Notes under the pieces: model-generated
The model's input: the letters and a program-made list of their open reading frames with translations, nothing else
Databases searched by the model: none
Told to the model about the DNA's origin: nothing
Translations under genes and position numbers: made by a program
In this document: positions 13,291 through 26,342 of the stretch, in pieces
How positions within the stretch are numbered: position 1 is the stretch's first letter
How the letters are laid out: every line of letters begins with the position of its first letter
Source: Scyliorhinus canicula
Lineage: Eukaryota
Reading direction: 5' to 3'
Assembly (NCBI RefSeq): GCF_902713615.1
Contig: NC_052150.1
Coordinates: 205,327,353 to 205,391,352, forward strand
Length of the DNA stretch: 64,000 nt

Positions 13291-13709
13291 GATTGGAAGA
13301 GACAAGTGGGGAGGGTGTTGCGGCATCTAATGGACAAGGATGGGTGCCGCGTGGCCTGATGTCTTTCTTTAGTTTTGTTCCCATGCATTCCTGCTCACAT
13401 TCCACAAGTTACTCCAGGCAGACATACTTGTGCCGAGTTCTAGTGGGTAATCAGTGGCTCAATCTCATCAGAACAATGTGGTCATTCTGCCCTTCTGTTC
13501 TTGCACGAGGGCCCCTTCCTTCCACTGAGCCACTGATAGCCCAATGAGCTGATGGGTGGGAAGTTGCAGCTATAAGCCTGCTTCCAAATGCTTGATGTGC
13601 CACTGGAGGTTCATATTCTACAAATGCGATGTCCTCTTGAGTGAGAACAACTGTATAACTTCAAAACCATATACTCCAGCAGCGCTCTCTGAGAAGAAGA
13701 ACATGGTAA

Positions 13710-14950
13710 AACAAACATAAGAACAGGAGTAGGCCATTTGGCCCCTCAAGTCCATTCTGCCGTTCAATTGGATCACGCCAGGTTAGCCACGCATCTTGGT
13801 TCCTTGACCCCCAATATGTTTAGTGACCAAAAAAACTACTAGCCCCGGTTTTAAATTTTCAGTCGACCTAACAGCTTTTCGGGCAGCAGTGTTCCTCCCT
13901 GACGTCATTACTGAATGCCCGAGATAATAATTTTGAAGTTGTGCCCCCTTGCTGTGGACTCGCCCATTGGAGGAAACAATTTCTCTCAAACGACCTGATG
14001 TCTTTCGTTTGAGGATTTTAAGTAGGTGAGGCCATTGCAGATACTTTGAACAGTATCTTCCAAAATGAATTCCACTCAGGAATTGGTCCTTTTGATGGGA
14101 AAGTAGTGAATGTAACCACATTATTCAAGAGATGGGTGTGTGAAAGAGAGAGAGGGAGCAGGGAATTAAAGATCTGTTAGCCTAACATCTGTTATGGGGA
14201 GGTTACTAGAATTTATAATATAAGCAAAGGCCTAAATCTTCCTGCCCCACCCACTGCAGGAGTCGTCACAGGCAGGTGGAGAATTTGACAGACAAGCAAA
14301 AGGTCCATTGACCTCGTGCGAGAATTTCCTGTCAGGAAAATCCTTCCCAAAGTGACCAAACACTTTGAGAAATCTGAGCTGATTAGAGAGAGCCAGCATG
14401 GATATATAAAGAGTCAGCTCTATTGGACCTAATTTAATGTTTTGAGGAAGTAACTGAAGTACTAGACAGGGGAATGCCCATGAATGTAACTTGTATGGGC
14501 TTCCAAAAGACATTGGAGAAGGTTGCACATAAGACCCTTAACTAAATTTAATAAAGCTCATGGAATTTCTGACCTGGCTGGTTGGTTAAGTAGCAGAAGG
14601 CTGAGAGTAGGGATAATAGGTGGACACTCAAATTGAAAAGAGGTGCCGAGTGATGTGCCAGAAGCATCTGAAGTGCAGAGGGATCTGGGTGTCCTAGAGT
14701 ATGAATCCCAAAAGGCTAGTGTACAGGTACAGCAAGTAATTAGGAAAGTTAATAGAATGCTATAGTTATGCAAATGTAATTCGTTGATTCAAAAACGAAG
14801 GGAGGCAGAAAGCAGGAAACAACAGGCCAGTTACCCTAATATCTGTCATAGGGAAATGTTAGAAGCCATTATTAAAGATGTTACAGCAAGGCAATCATAC
14901 AGAGTCAACATGGTTTTGTGAAAGGGAAATTATGTTTAACCAATTTAGAC
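13710..14950. mobile_element. Scrambled old CR1 fragments
   Basis: AACATAAGAACAGGAGTAGGCCATT tail (-). RT-region remnants on +: GTGCAGAGGGATCTGGGTGTCCTAG and CAACATGGTTTTGTGAAAGGGAAAT. Confidence 0.65.
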
Positions 14951-15297
14951 AACCTTGGGCTATTTTACTATATTGTGGACATTACTGTATATAAATACAA
15001 GTAGCAGCAGTGATGTAATGTTAGTAGTCACCTTTGGGCCTGAAGGTCATGTGTTTACTTCTCATTTCAGAGGATTGAGCACAAAGCTAGGTTGACATGC
15101 CGGAGTTGGGGCAATTAAAATATCCCAGGGCACTCTTTTGAAGGTGAGTAAGGGCCCAGTTTCCTGCCCAATATTGTGTGCATGTCAGCTGCCGAGTTTT
15201 CTGACGGTTTGGAAAGTTGTCAAAACATATCAAAGCAATTTCCTCTACCTTGAGTTGTAACTAGTCTTGAAGTTCAATTGAATTTCACAATCTGTTA

Positions 15298-15645
15298 CAT
15301 AGAACATAGAATTTACAGTGCAGAAGGAGGCCATTAGGCCCATCGTGTCTGCACTTGCTCTTGGAAAGAGCACCCTACTTAGGCCCACGTCGCTACCCTA
15401 TCCCTGTAACCCAGATACCCCACCTAACCTTTTTTTTTGTACACTAAGGGAAATTTATCATGGCCAATCCACTTAACCTGCACATCTTTGGACTGTGGGA
15501 GGAAACGGGAGCACCCGGAGGAAACCCACGCAGACACGGGGAGAACGTGCAAACTCCGCACAGACAGTGACCCAAGCCGGGAATCGAACCTGGAACCCTG
15601 GAGCTGTGAAGCAACTGTGATAACCACTGTGCTACCGTGCTGCCC
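15298..15645 (-). mobile_element. Full-length HE1 SINE
   Basis: Reverse complement of GGGCAGCACGGTAGCACAGTGG...GGTTCGATTCCC...V-domain...CTATGTTCTATG. Confidence 0.92.
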
Positions 15646-16409
15646 AGTTTGAAGCAGTTTGTGCCCTCATTTGAATCTCCTCAGTCAGACTGCGATGTAA
15701 ATGTAAGCAAACAAATTGCAAAGTAGATACAAGAATTTTCCCTGAAAATATGTTGCATCCAGCAAAGCACTTAATGTGTTCCACTATAGTCTCCAACTTT
15801 GGGAGAGATGTGTTTTCAGAATTCAATTGAATATTGCAACAACGTTAGTTGGAGGACATCCCGCTCATTATGGCCTGACTGATGTAAGGGGTGGTAATGA
15901 TATCCTCAGGGATGGTAATGGCCACGATGCTCAAACAGATGTTCCTACTGTTCTGCTATTATCAATCTCAGTGCTATATTTGCAATGTGCTGTGCCTTGT
16001 TGACGTTTTGTTGATGACCAGAATATCTGTAAAACGGTCCTCACAGTGAGAGCTTGCCACTGTTGGGCATTCTGTTCCCTCCAGTTCGAATGAATGACTC
16101 ACCTATTACACATTTGCATGGTTTTAGCAAATGATTCAGATTGGTGCCAATAACTGCATATTTGATTGACTAATTGAGGCCCTGCTGACCTCCCAGATAT
16201 AAAAAGGCATTATTTTTAGTTACTGTCCTTTTTGTAAAACGTTTGCCATTTTGCACTTCAATTGTTTTTATAATTTTGTTTTATGTGATTAAAGTTCAAA
16301 TAATTTACATCTCCAAAATAATAGTTTGATAGTAATTAATTTAGAATGTTGCCTTTAGAATACAGGGTACAGGAGCATAGTGTGTTTGTGTATGTGCGTG
16401 TGTGTACAG

Positions 16410-17791
16410 CAGGGTTTATCAAACTGGGGTCATGGGTGTGTTGGGGCGGGAGTCAGGAGGGTTGCGGGAGAAGCGCCAAATGTTGGCAACCGGCTTTTAA
16501 GAATACCGACCGCGACTGGCTTTTGAGTTGAGAATGCTGGCTGTGACTGGTCTTTAAATGCGAACGCTGGAGTCTTCCCTCCAGAAGAGGCAGCAGAGAG
16601 CAAGTCATGTGCCTGGCATATAGACTGATCTCTGCGCACCCTTTATGTCCGTGCTTTGGGCGCAAAATCACGGAGGAGAGATTTCGTAGCTGCCAGCAAG
16701 CAAGCAACAGGACTGTGACGAGCTGAAGATGGGCCATTTTGTAATAAGGAAGAGAGGGCCAGCGACACAAACACAGTCCACTGCAGGACAAATCAGTGCT
16801 CGTTTGTGGTGTATACAGAGCACCAGGGCCTTGTGTGAACAACCCATTAAGAAAAACTGAAATCGGGAACAAAGCAGTATGAAGATGATTTCTTGAGGAA
16901 AGACATTGCAATTGCGCCAGTGCGAATCAGGATGCAAAGCCCATGTATGTTATATGCAGGGAAGTACTGGCAAATGACAGTTGGATGCTAACTATATCTT
17001 ACCTTGCAGACATCTTTTCAATTCTAAATGAACTGAACCTCAAATTGCAAGGGAAAGATGATGATTGGTTTCAACACTGTGAAGAAATAGATGCTTCCAA
17101 AAAGTAGGTGAAAGTTTAATAAGTGCTAGTACAAAGCCAAAATTACTACATGTTCCCCACACTCCTATGACACATCAAAGAAAACAATGTTAGCAAGGGA
17201 ACTGTTAATAGACTGGCAAGTCTTATTCAGTCACATCTGACTGCGCTGATCAACAGTTTTTGTCATTACTTTGCAGAGGAAAGGTTTCAGATTTTGAAAG
17301 AGAAGATGTGAGTGAAAAAAATCCTTCTGAGTTTGAGACCCATCCCAGAGTCAGCTATTAACTTGCAGCTGACTCCAAATGAATAGACTGGACTTCTGCG
17401 CCTCACTTTTGACAGCACATTAGAAACATGCCACAAATCAATAAAGTTGTCAGCGTTCTGGAGTAGCGTCTCCGAAAAGTATCTGGTGCTGAGTAAAACA
17501 AGCATTTTGTTGCCATTGCCCTTCACAATGACCTACTTGTGCAAAGTTGAACTTTCCATCCTCACAAAGATGGAGACAGCACAAAGGAACCGGGTGAACT
17601 CTGCACTTGATATGCGCCTACGCTCTCCCCTCTGTGAACCTGATTGGAGTGAGATTGTGATGATCAAGCAGGCTCATCTGTTGCATTAAAGGTAAGAGAA
17701 AATGGTGTGTTGGGAAGGTCAGCCGGCGTGGGTCGAGAAGGTCGGCCGGTTGGTAAAAGTGGGTCCCAGGAAACAAGTTTGAAAAACACTG
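16410..17791 (+). mobile_element. hAT (Buster/Charlie-type) DNA transposon, internally deleted
   Basis: TIRs CAGGGTTTATCAAACT / reverse complement CAGTGTTTTTCAAACT (14/16). 8-bp TSD GTGTACAG / GTGCACAG. BED-finger-like remnant near 16940 joined to YLADIFSILNELNLKLQG and the hATC dimerisation region (FWSSVSEKYLVLSK...FTMTYLC...QAHLLH). Confidence 0.88.
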
Positions 17792-17977
17792 GTGCACAGG
17801 GACTTTTGGGAAAGTGGAAAGAATTTGCCTCAGGTGTACTAATGTTGTGTTTCTGTCTTGTTCTTGATGCTGAAACAAGTAATGTGTCAGTATAAATGAT
17901 ACCTTTTCAAGTGGACAAGTTTGAAGTACCAACTCAGGTCCCGGAGCAAGTCTGCAACCAGTGTACCACAGACCACG

Positions 17978-18640
17978 TAATATAGGAACAGGAGTCAGCT
18001 AGTCTGCCCCTCGGCCTTTTTTGGCTTTGTGGGCCTCAGAATTGGAGAATCCAGCCCCAAATACTTTCCTTTGGCTCCTATCCCTTCATTTCTTTGGTTA
18101 CCAAAATTCGACCAATTGCAGTTTTAAAATCAGCTATTGATCTATCATCAATTGCCATTTGCGGCAGAGAGTTCAAAACCTCGACATCCTTTGCGTGTAG
18201 AAGTATCTCCTAATTTAATTCCTGAAAGATCTGGCTCTAATATTTAGACCATGTGCCTGGTCCCAGGGGAACTATTTTCTCTCTATCTATCTCATCTATT
18301 CCCTTAACGTCTTGAAAACTTTGATCAAATCACCCTTCTAAATTCCAGGGCATTCAAATCTGGTTTATATGTCCTCTTCTCGTAAATTAACCCCGGGAGA
18401 CTCGGCCCACTGGTCCTAGACTCTCACATGAAGGGGAACATCCTCTCAGCATTTATCCTGTCAAGCCCCTTAAGAACCCGAGATGTTTCCCCGAGATCAT
18501 CTCTCATTCTTCTAAATTGCAATGAGTAGAGTCCCAACCTGTTTAATGTTTGCTCATAAGGCAATCCATATTGGATATCGTCCGAGTGAACCATCTCTGA
18601 AACACCTCATAATATCTTTCCTTAAATAAGGGGACTAATA
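17978..18640 (-). mobile_element. Two degenerate CR1 3' ends
   Basis: TAGGAACAGGAGT... tail and repeated CCCCTT...CTTCTAAATT...CCCAACCTG segments. Confidence 0.6.
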
Positions 18641-18779
18641 TAGAGTTACTTTAATTTACTTCAAGTTTACATTGTTTGAAGTTTTCTGCATTTATCTATT
18701 TTTCCAACCTTAATGCTGTTTAACATTATTACAGCATTAGCATTAACATTCTCACTTCCCATCCTCCCATTTAAAATCA

Positions 18780-21230
18780 TTGGAGTTGGATGTTCAGGAG
18801 GTTTGAAGGCCCTATAAACCTTTCACATCTCGTTCACCATTCTGCCAGGAGAGTAATAAGCTCTGCTCCATTGGATCTGCAATTGGATTACTGGTTGGGT
18901 TGGTGTTTGCGACCGTATCATTCTTTTTTTCAGTTGCTTTATGTTGACCCACACCTGGGTGGTTCGGCTGTTGTGTAGATGCATGATTACTGTAACTCTC
19001 GCTTGTTTCTTGCGAGGTGGACGAAGATGGTGCTTGTTTCTGTTCCTTTTCCATGTGGGCTGTCAGGAAGCCCTCTGAGCATTTCTGTGGCGGGAACAAG
19101 GTGGAGTGGTCCTCTCAACTTCACTTATCGTTTTTAACGGTCCCAGACTGTATCTTTGTATAAATTTAGAGTACCCAATTATTTGTCTTTTTTTCCAATT
19201 AAGGGACAATTTAGAGTGGCCAATCCACCTAACTGCACATCTTTGGGTTGTGGGGGTGAAACCCACGCAGACACGGGGAGATTGAGCGAACTCCACACGG
19301 ACAGTGACCCAGAGCCGGGATTCAAACCCGGGTCCTCAGCGCCATATGCAGCAATGCTAACCACTGTGCCACGTGCCGCCCCTGTTATAGACTGTTAGCA
19401 GGTTTATTCATCCCTTGTGGCTGTGACATGCTGGCTGGAATTTGCAGTGTGTGCACAGTGGTTGATGTGTCTGCCATCAGCGATCTGTCTACCATCATTA
19501 TAGTTGGAAATAGAGGGTTCTCAGACTGTTGATCATTCTCTGCTACCACTTCCACCGGGGGTGCCAAGGTAACCCTGGGTGCATAGGTTGATCTGACCTT
19601 TGGCGACTTCCCAGGAATTGGAATGATAATGGACAAACCTGCATCGCAAAAAGAGTAGCGAGAGTGAAGGTGAAATCCGAGTCTGAATATTCTTTAGTAC
19701 TTGAGCAGTCAGCATTGTGGTGTTCTTGGCTGACGAATGGCAGTGGTAGTCTTTACATATTCCACCATCTGGAGGGGATCCAGGGCGATGCAGGTATCCC
19801 TGCTCAGGAGAGAGAAAGGCTGGATATGGATGACATACATCAGCTCTAAGATCTGTTTGCTACCATATGTTGGATTCTCTCCACTGATCGGATTTTCTTG
19901 TATAATTCCTTTGTGTTACATTTCAAGCTCACATTCTGTAATTGTACTGACAATTATAGAGCCATAGAGTCATTGAGGTTTACAGCATGGAAACAGGCCC
20001 TTTAGCCCAACTTGACCATGCCGCCCAGTTTTTACCACTAAGCTGGTCCCAATTGCTTGCATTTGGCCCATCTCCGTCCACACCCATTTTACCCATATAA
20101 CTGTCTAAATGCTTTTTAAAAGACAAAATTGTACCCACCTCTATTACTGCTTCTGGCAGCTTGTTCCAGACACTCACCACCCTCTGTGTGAAACAATTGC
20201 CCCTCTGGGGGGGAAGGGGGTGTGATTGTTTTTGAAATACCTCACGCTCTTCAGTGACAACCTCCACCTTCGCTTGGAATTCTGTGTTCTCTTTGTCTCT
20301 GAATTACATGTTAGTCCAAGGTTCCTTCCAAATGTGCAAAATGTGCACTGCACTGCAGCGACATTCTTGTACCTCTCGACTTCCTCTCGGATTGGTGAAC
20401 ATTTCTGAGTTTTCTCTGTAAACTGGTCGTTTCAGAGTGGTATTAAATTAATTTTGTCTCATTTCTTAATTATTCCTAGGGCAAACTCGGACCTGAGGGA
20501 TCCTTCAACAGGTTTTCCTTTTCGTTGTAAAGTTCAAGTACTTGTTTTTGAGTTTTCTTGTGATTTAACAGAGTCTCATTGGGTTTGTTCTGCTGTTCTG
20601 TCATTCTGCTGCTCAATGTATTCTTTATTCTGTCTTGTTGATGAAGGTTAATGGATTATTACTAATCTGATCCTGAAAGATGATCTTTCAACTGTTTATT
20701 TACTTGTTCAGCCCTTGCCTTCTCATACCATATCAGTGTATAGCTTTGTCTCTGCAGATAGTTCCAATAGAGATTTTGTTGTAAAGAAACATATTTGGGA
20801 ATTCTGCCTCAGGCTTCCCATAATAATGTATTCCTGGGGCTTCAGAGAGTTCTGTGCTGCTCTGACACCCTTGTGTGCTTTTTTGGGTGTTGTCTCTTTC
20901 CCTTTCTTCACTTTAAGCTCTAAACTGTCCTTAGCTTGAGCATTAAAATATTCATCAAAGGTTCTAAACAGTTCCCTGTGGTTGGTTTTGGATTCATCAA
21001 TGCTTTGCATCAAGGCAACGTGCTTACCGAAATTATCAAACCAGTATAAAATAGAGGTTTTATGTGCTCAAGTAATGTAAAAGGTTGTTTCTTAGGGATG
21101 TCAGATGTTTTGTTGGATTTCGCCTCAGAGTTGGAAGTGGGGAATTGTGATGCATTTCGAAGATTTGAGAAGTGGAGGTACAGCTTTAAGAGTTTACTGG
21201 CTTCCAAGGTGGTGTCGCTTTCCAATGCAG
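18780..21230 (-). pseudogene. Very old, stop-riddled gag-like LTR-retroelement coding remnant (interrupted by a SINE at 19155-19382 and a CR1 tail at 19955-20205)
   Basis: Minus-strand pieces LYWFDNFGKHVALMQSIDESKTNHRELFRTFDEYFNAQ and QEYIIMG resemble Gypsy gag. A broken Cys/His knuckle (VQCTFC...NHWTNMC-like across a frameshift) lies near 20300-20360. Confidence 0.35.
19155..19382 (-). mobile_element. Short A-tailed V-SINE variant
   Basis: Same family as 5900-6123 and 12482-12683. Confidence 0.85.
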
Positions 21231-21233
21231 AAC

Positions 21234-24200
21234 TGTAGCAATCCGGGAGACATGAGGAAGAAATTTATTTTAACTCAAAATATGAAACCACTACCATGGT
21301 GTACAACACTAGAGTCCCAGCCTGGGACTGTCGGAACTTCAGTTCTGGGTCTGCCGACTACCACGGGAACTTGTGCTCTACCAGCCTCATGGGGCGATTG
21401 ATCAGTGCTCCTCTTTGATGCTGACCTCCGCCTGAGGGTCAGTCGTCTCAGTCTCCATTTCTGATCCCCAGTGACCGTCCCTGAGGGGAATGACTCTCGG
21501 GTTTAGCATGGAGTTTAGCTCCTGCCCGGAGGTGGGCGCAACGGACATTAAGGATGCCATTCCATCCGGAGTCATTTCAACAGGGCAGGGTTCCATGCTC
21601 TTAAGATGGTCCACGTCTTTCCTTACGGTCTTCTCTTTAGTCTTCACCTTGCACGAAACGGGGCCAGTCTTTTCCAATATAGAACAGTACAGCACAGAAC
21701 AGGCCCTTCGGCCCTCGATGTTGTGCCGAGCAATGATCACCCCACTTAAACCCACGTAACCCGTATCCCAACAATCCCCCCATTCACCTTACACTACGGG
21801 CAATTTAGCATGGCCAATCCACCTAACCCGCACATCTTTGGACTGTGGGAGGAAACCGGAGCACCCGGAGGAAACCCACGCACACACGGGGAGGACGTGC
21901 AGACTCCGCACAGACAGTGACTCCTGGACAGAGACAATAAGTCTCCTGGGATCCAAAGTTAGGTACATAGACTGTGTCTCCCGTCTTGAAAGTCCTGTCA
22001 GACATTCGGGTATCAAAATTTATTTTCTGGCCTCCCTGCCTTGATTCTGCTTTTCCCCCCAAACAATAAGCTGAGTCTGGTTCTTTTGTCGACGGCAGCT
22101 CTGCCGGTGCGACTTCCATTGTAGTGTGTGACATGGTCCTGTAATCGGAACTGAACCAGGCCACTTTGGTGTTGAGAGAACCAGTGGTCTATTTCTTCAT
22201 GCCAGTTTTAAAAGTTTGGATCGCCCGTTCGGCCAGGCCTTTGGAGGGTGGATGGTATGATGCCGTTCGGATATTTGTCATCCTGTTGGACTTCAAAAAT
22301 GCCTGGACTTCTCCGCTCACAATTTCCCGTCCTCCGGTATCCCATGAACTCAAAATGATTGCCTGAGTTTGTCCATCCGGTGCATGTCCATCTATTTAGA
22401 ATGCACGCTGACCAAGGTTATGAACATGATCCCATGAATGCCCCGGCGCAGTCCGCACGTACATGCACCCAAGATCTCCCTGGACATTCCCAATGCAGTG
22501 AGGCCGGAAGTGGGATCTTCTAGACCTCCTGACACAAAGAACACTGTTTCATCAAGTTCTCTATGTCAGTTTCAAGCCTGGGCCTTCAGACATGGCTCTT
22601 TACAAACATCTTCATTCTGGGTGACCGTTGTGAGGCTCCGTCAAGGTTGGGCATTGACCTGCACGGGGGATGACCACTTGGGTTCCCCATAGGATGATGC
22701 AATTTTCCACGCTCAATTCTTGGTGTTTAGAAAGGAAGGGCTTCATATTCTCTGTGGGATGTCCTCGAATTCCGACATTAGGATCATGTGGTGCAGTTAC
22801 CAGCGTGGGGCCATTTGTGTCCACGTCTGGACATGTTTTGTGGATACAAGCAGGAAATTTAGTGTCATTATGACTTCTTCCATTACTGACGGAGGGGTCA
22901 AGCTCATGGGCAGTGGCATTGGTGATGTGTGCCAAGGTGGTGCGTGAAGGAGTGCTCATAGGCCGGCAACACTAGTGCCCAATGTTGGATCCGAGCCGAG
23001 GTAATGGGGAAATGTGCTATTTCCTCTTTAAAAAGGCTCAACAGGGGTTTAAGGTCCATGATTATCGTAAAGTACCGGCCGTAGAAGTACGGATGGAATT
23101 TCTTTACTCCAAATATCATGGCCAGTCCCTCTTTTTCAATTTGGGCTTAGTGTGGTTCCGCATCCCACTTCCGGCCTCACTGCATTGGGAATGTCCAGGG
23201 AGATCTTGGGTGCATGTACGTGCGGACTGCGCCGGGGCATTCATGGGATCATGTTCATAACCTTGGTCAGCGTGCATTCTAAATAGATGGACATGCACCG
23301 GATGGACAAACTCCGGCAATCATTTTGAGTTCATGGGATACCGGAGGACGGGAAATCGTGATGCATTTACTATTGGTTGCTTGGTGCCATCGTCCCATCG
23401 ATGGGAGAGCACTGCCTCTATTCCATATGGAGAGGCATCGCATGTTAGTACCAGCTGTCTTGTGGGATCGCAGAGCGCCAAGATGTTGGTCGATAGCAGC
23501 TGTTATTTCACTTTCATAAATGGTCCGTCCAGTGGCACCAACCACAACCACTTCTGATGCTTTTTCAATAGTGTGCGCAGGGGTGCCAGGAAAGTAGCCA
23601 AGTTGGGGATGAATTTCCTGCAATTTATGAAGTCTCGGAACGACTTCAGTTCAGTCATGTTTTGTGGGGTCAGTGCCCCTTTTATGGCCGTCTCTTTGCC
23701 CTCTACAGAGTAAGGTCGTCTTTATCAATGTGGTAAGGTAAAGGTAAAGCCGCCATAGACCCAGATGGCCACGGGCAGCTTTTCCCTTTGAGGGGGAGAG
23801 CTGACCTGAGGATCACCACACCTCAAGGCAAGGCTGAGAAGGCGGGGATTTCATGAATAATCTATATTGATGCGGTCCCCGAGGTCTGGTACCTCGCCTG
23901 CCTGGAACATGCACTTTTGCCGCTTGAGGTGGACATCCGTGGTAGAGAATCAGGACTTCCGCCAAATTAACATGTCATCTAGGTACACTGCCACCTTAGG
24001 GAGTCCATTAAATATATTTTCCATTACACACTGGAAAATGGTGCATGCCAACAAGACTCCCAAAGGCAGGCGGGTGTATTCATACAGGCCCTTATGGGTG
24101 TTGATAGTTACTTATTTTCTGGATTCCGTATTGAGCCGGAGGTACGCATGGCTTATATCAAGCTTGGTAAAAATGTGGCTCCTGCCAGTTTTGCATAGAG

Positions 24201-25194
24201 GTCCTCGCTGCACGGCATGGGGTAGCTCTCCAGATGGGAGATTTCGATTAGATTCAGATTTATTGTCGTGTGTACCGAGGTACCGTGAAAAGTATTGTTC
24301 TGTGTACAATCCAGGAAGATCGCTTCAAACATGCACAACATAGGACATAAGATAAATACACAGTGTAGATACATAGACATCAGACGAAGCATACGGAATA
24401 TAGTGCCACAACTGTAGAGAAAATGTGTTGAGATCAGCTCAGTCTATTAGAGTGTTGCGACATTGCTTATCTCGCTTACTAATTGGTACCATAGCATCTC
24501 ATGAAGGGATGACCCATCCTCAGTGTTAGGTCAGTTTCCCGAGCCTGGTCAGGAATTCTGTCACAGATTTTCCAGGGACCCTTCCAGCCATGTTAAATCT
24601 GTAATGCTGGAGAATTATCAATGGTCTTCGGTCATAGTGGTTTGCCACTAACTCTACAAGTTCATTAAAGGTTTTTGGGTCCGGGGCTGCCAGATACGTC
24701 AAACTCTTAATGATGCTAAATGACGGGGCTCCACATGTAGTCAGAAGGATTCTTTGTGTCGGTCATCACCTTCTTCCTGTTAGCGTGAAAAGAAAACGTG
24801 TTCTTTCGGCATACTGGGGCCAGTCCTCTACGAACACATCATATGGCTCGAGTTTTCTGAATAGAGGCATTTCCTGGTTATCCTCACACTTCGTTACTTA
24901 ACCGGCGTTTCAAGGAAGATGTCAAGCACCTCGTACTTAATTCTCATCGCCAACGTGGTAATCCAGGTGTCACGCAAAAGGAGATGAGACAGGTTTATTT
25001 TTACTCTAAAGATAAAGCTGTCATCCAGCCTGGGTCTATCGGAACTTCCGGTCCAGGACCGGGCGCGGCATTTAAAGGGCTAACTAATGAGTCCCAGCTG
25101 GGCCGGCCTCCACCTGCTACCATGGGAACTTGTATTCCATGAGCCCCATGGGGAGATCGATTATTGATCACTCGTGATCCTTGTGAGGGCTATC
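21234..25194 (-). mobile_element. Decayed Ty3/Gypsy (Mag/K02A2.6-like) LTR retrotransposon with nested SINE/LINE fragments
   Basis: 5' LTR ~24954-25194 and partial 3' LTR ~21234-21400 share CCAGCCTGGG..TCGGAACTTC and CATGGG/CACGGGAACTTGT. PBS TGGCGATGAG on - at ~24943-24952. Coding remnants: gag MPLFRKLEPYD; RT YPMP..EDLYAKLAG/FTKLDISHAY; RNase H LTCDASPYG and IFGVKKFH; integrase WECPGRSWVHVRAD. Confidence 0.85.
21678..21921 (-). mobile_element. 5'-truncated HE1 SINE inside the Gypsy element
   Basis: ATAGAACAGTACAGCACAGAACAGGCCCTTCGG...GACTCCGCACAGACAGTGAC. Confidence 0.88.
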
Positions 25195-25934
25195 AAAAGA
25201 AAAATACATTTCCCACGCCTGCTGATTTTGATAGGCTCCACAAAATGGCGGTGGCAAGCTTTGGAAAGAAGAATCTTCATCAATGGCTCCATGAGTCAGC
25301 AGTATGTTGACTTGGGGATAATTAGCGATATAGAATTTCAAGTAATGGGGCCTTTAGATTAACCACAGGCTTGCCGTTTAAGGATTCAATGGTTGTGAGG
25401 CTCCTAAGAGTTGAGTAAATGATTATTAATTTGTTTTTTTTCTGTTCACCTCAGAGACCATGTGTTGAGGCTCCGAGTCGGGGAATCAGGATTAGGGACA
25501 GGTTTCGTTCAAGTAGTATTCCCGTCTAAATTTTTAAAAGAGCATCTCAGGACTGGCTGCAGCCTGGAAATGAAAAGATTTAGCTCACCCTCGCAGGCTA
25601 TGAATACTCGTGCTGAAGCTAAACTTCCAAGAGACGTTGTGGGGAGTCTTCTGCTGCAGTAAAACATCTAACGTTTAGCTTTCAGGTTCTTGCCTCTGGA
25701 ACTTTTACTTTTCCGCATCTGTAGCTTCAGTGAATAGCTTCTTTCAGTTCAGAATTGTTGAAGATGTCCTCTTTTTAAATCTTTTAACATTTCTGTGAGG
25801 ATGAGGGTCCCACTATGTTGGGACGGTGTTGGTATCAGAGCATTTTTTGTTCAGGAGGTGTTCATAGTCTTCTGTGCGTTAACAGCGAGTCTTTGTGAAC
25901 TACTTGCAACTATGTACAATTATACATTAGATAT

Positions 25935-26325
25935 ATAGAGAAATACAGCACAGAACAGGCCCTTCGGCCCACGATGTTGTGCCGTACTTTTGTCCTAGGT
26001 TAATCATAGATCATAGAATTTTGGGCACTAAGGGCAATTTATCATGGCCAATCCACCCAACCTGCACATCTTTGGACTGTGGGAGGAAACCGGAGCACCC
26101 GGAGGAAACCCACGCACACATGGGGAGGATGTGCAGACTCCACACAGACAGTGACCCAAGTCGAAATCGAACCTGGGACTCTGGAGCTGTGAAGCAATTG
26201 TGCTTACCACAATGCTACCGTGCTGCCCTTAAGAACAAATTAATCTACACTCCATTATTCTACCATGATCCATGTACCTATTCAATAGCCGCTTGAAGGT
26301 CCCTAACGTTTCCGACTCAACTACT
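25935..26325 (-). mobile_element. CR1 3' tail containing an internally deleted HE1 SINE (~26005-26229)
   Basis: CR1 tail TACAGCACAGAACAGGCCCTTCGGCCCACGATG, then SINE flanked by TTAA/TTAA, then CR1 sequence resumes (ATCCATGTACCTATTCAATAGCCGCTTGAAG). Confidence 0.8.
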
Positions 26326-26342
26326 TCGATTAAAAGGCACAG

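Noticed and set aside
16728-17689. ZBED5/SCAND3-like host gene
   Set aside because: It is bounded by TIRs and a TSD, lacks the catalytic core and has multiple stops.
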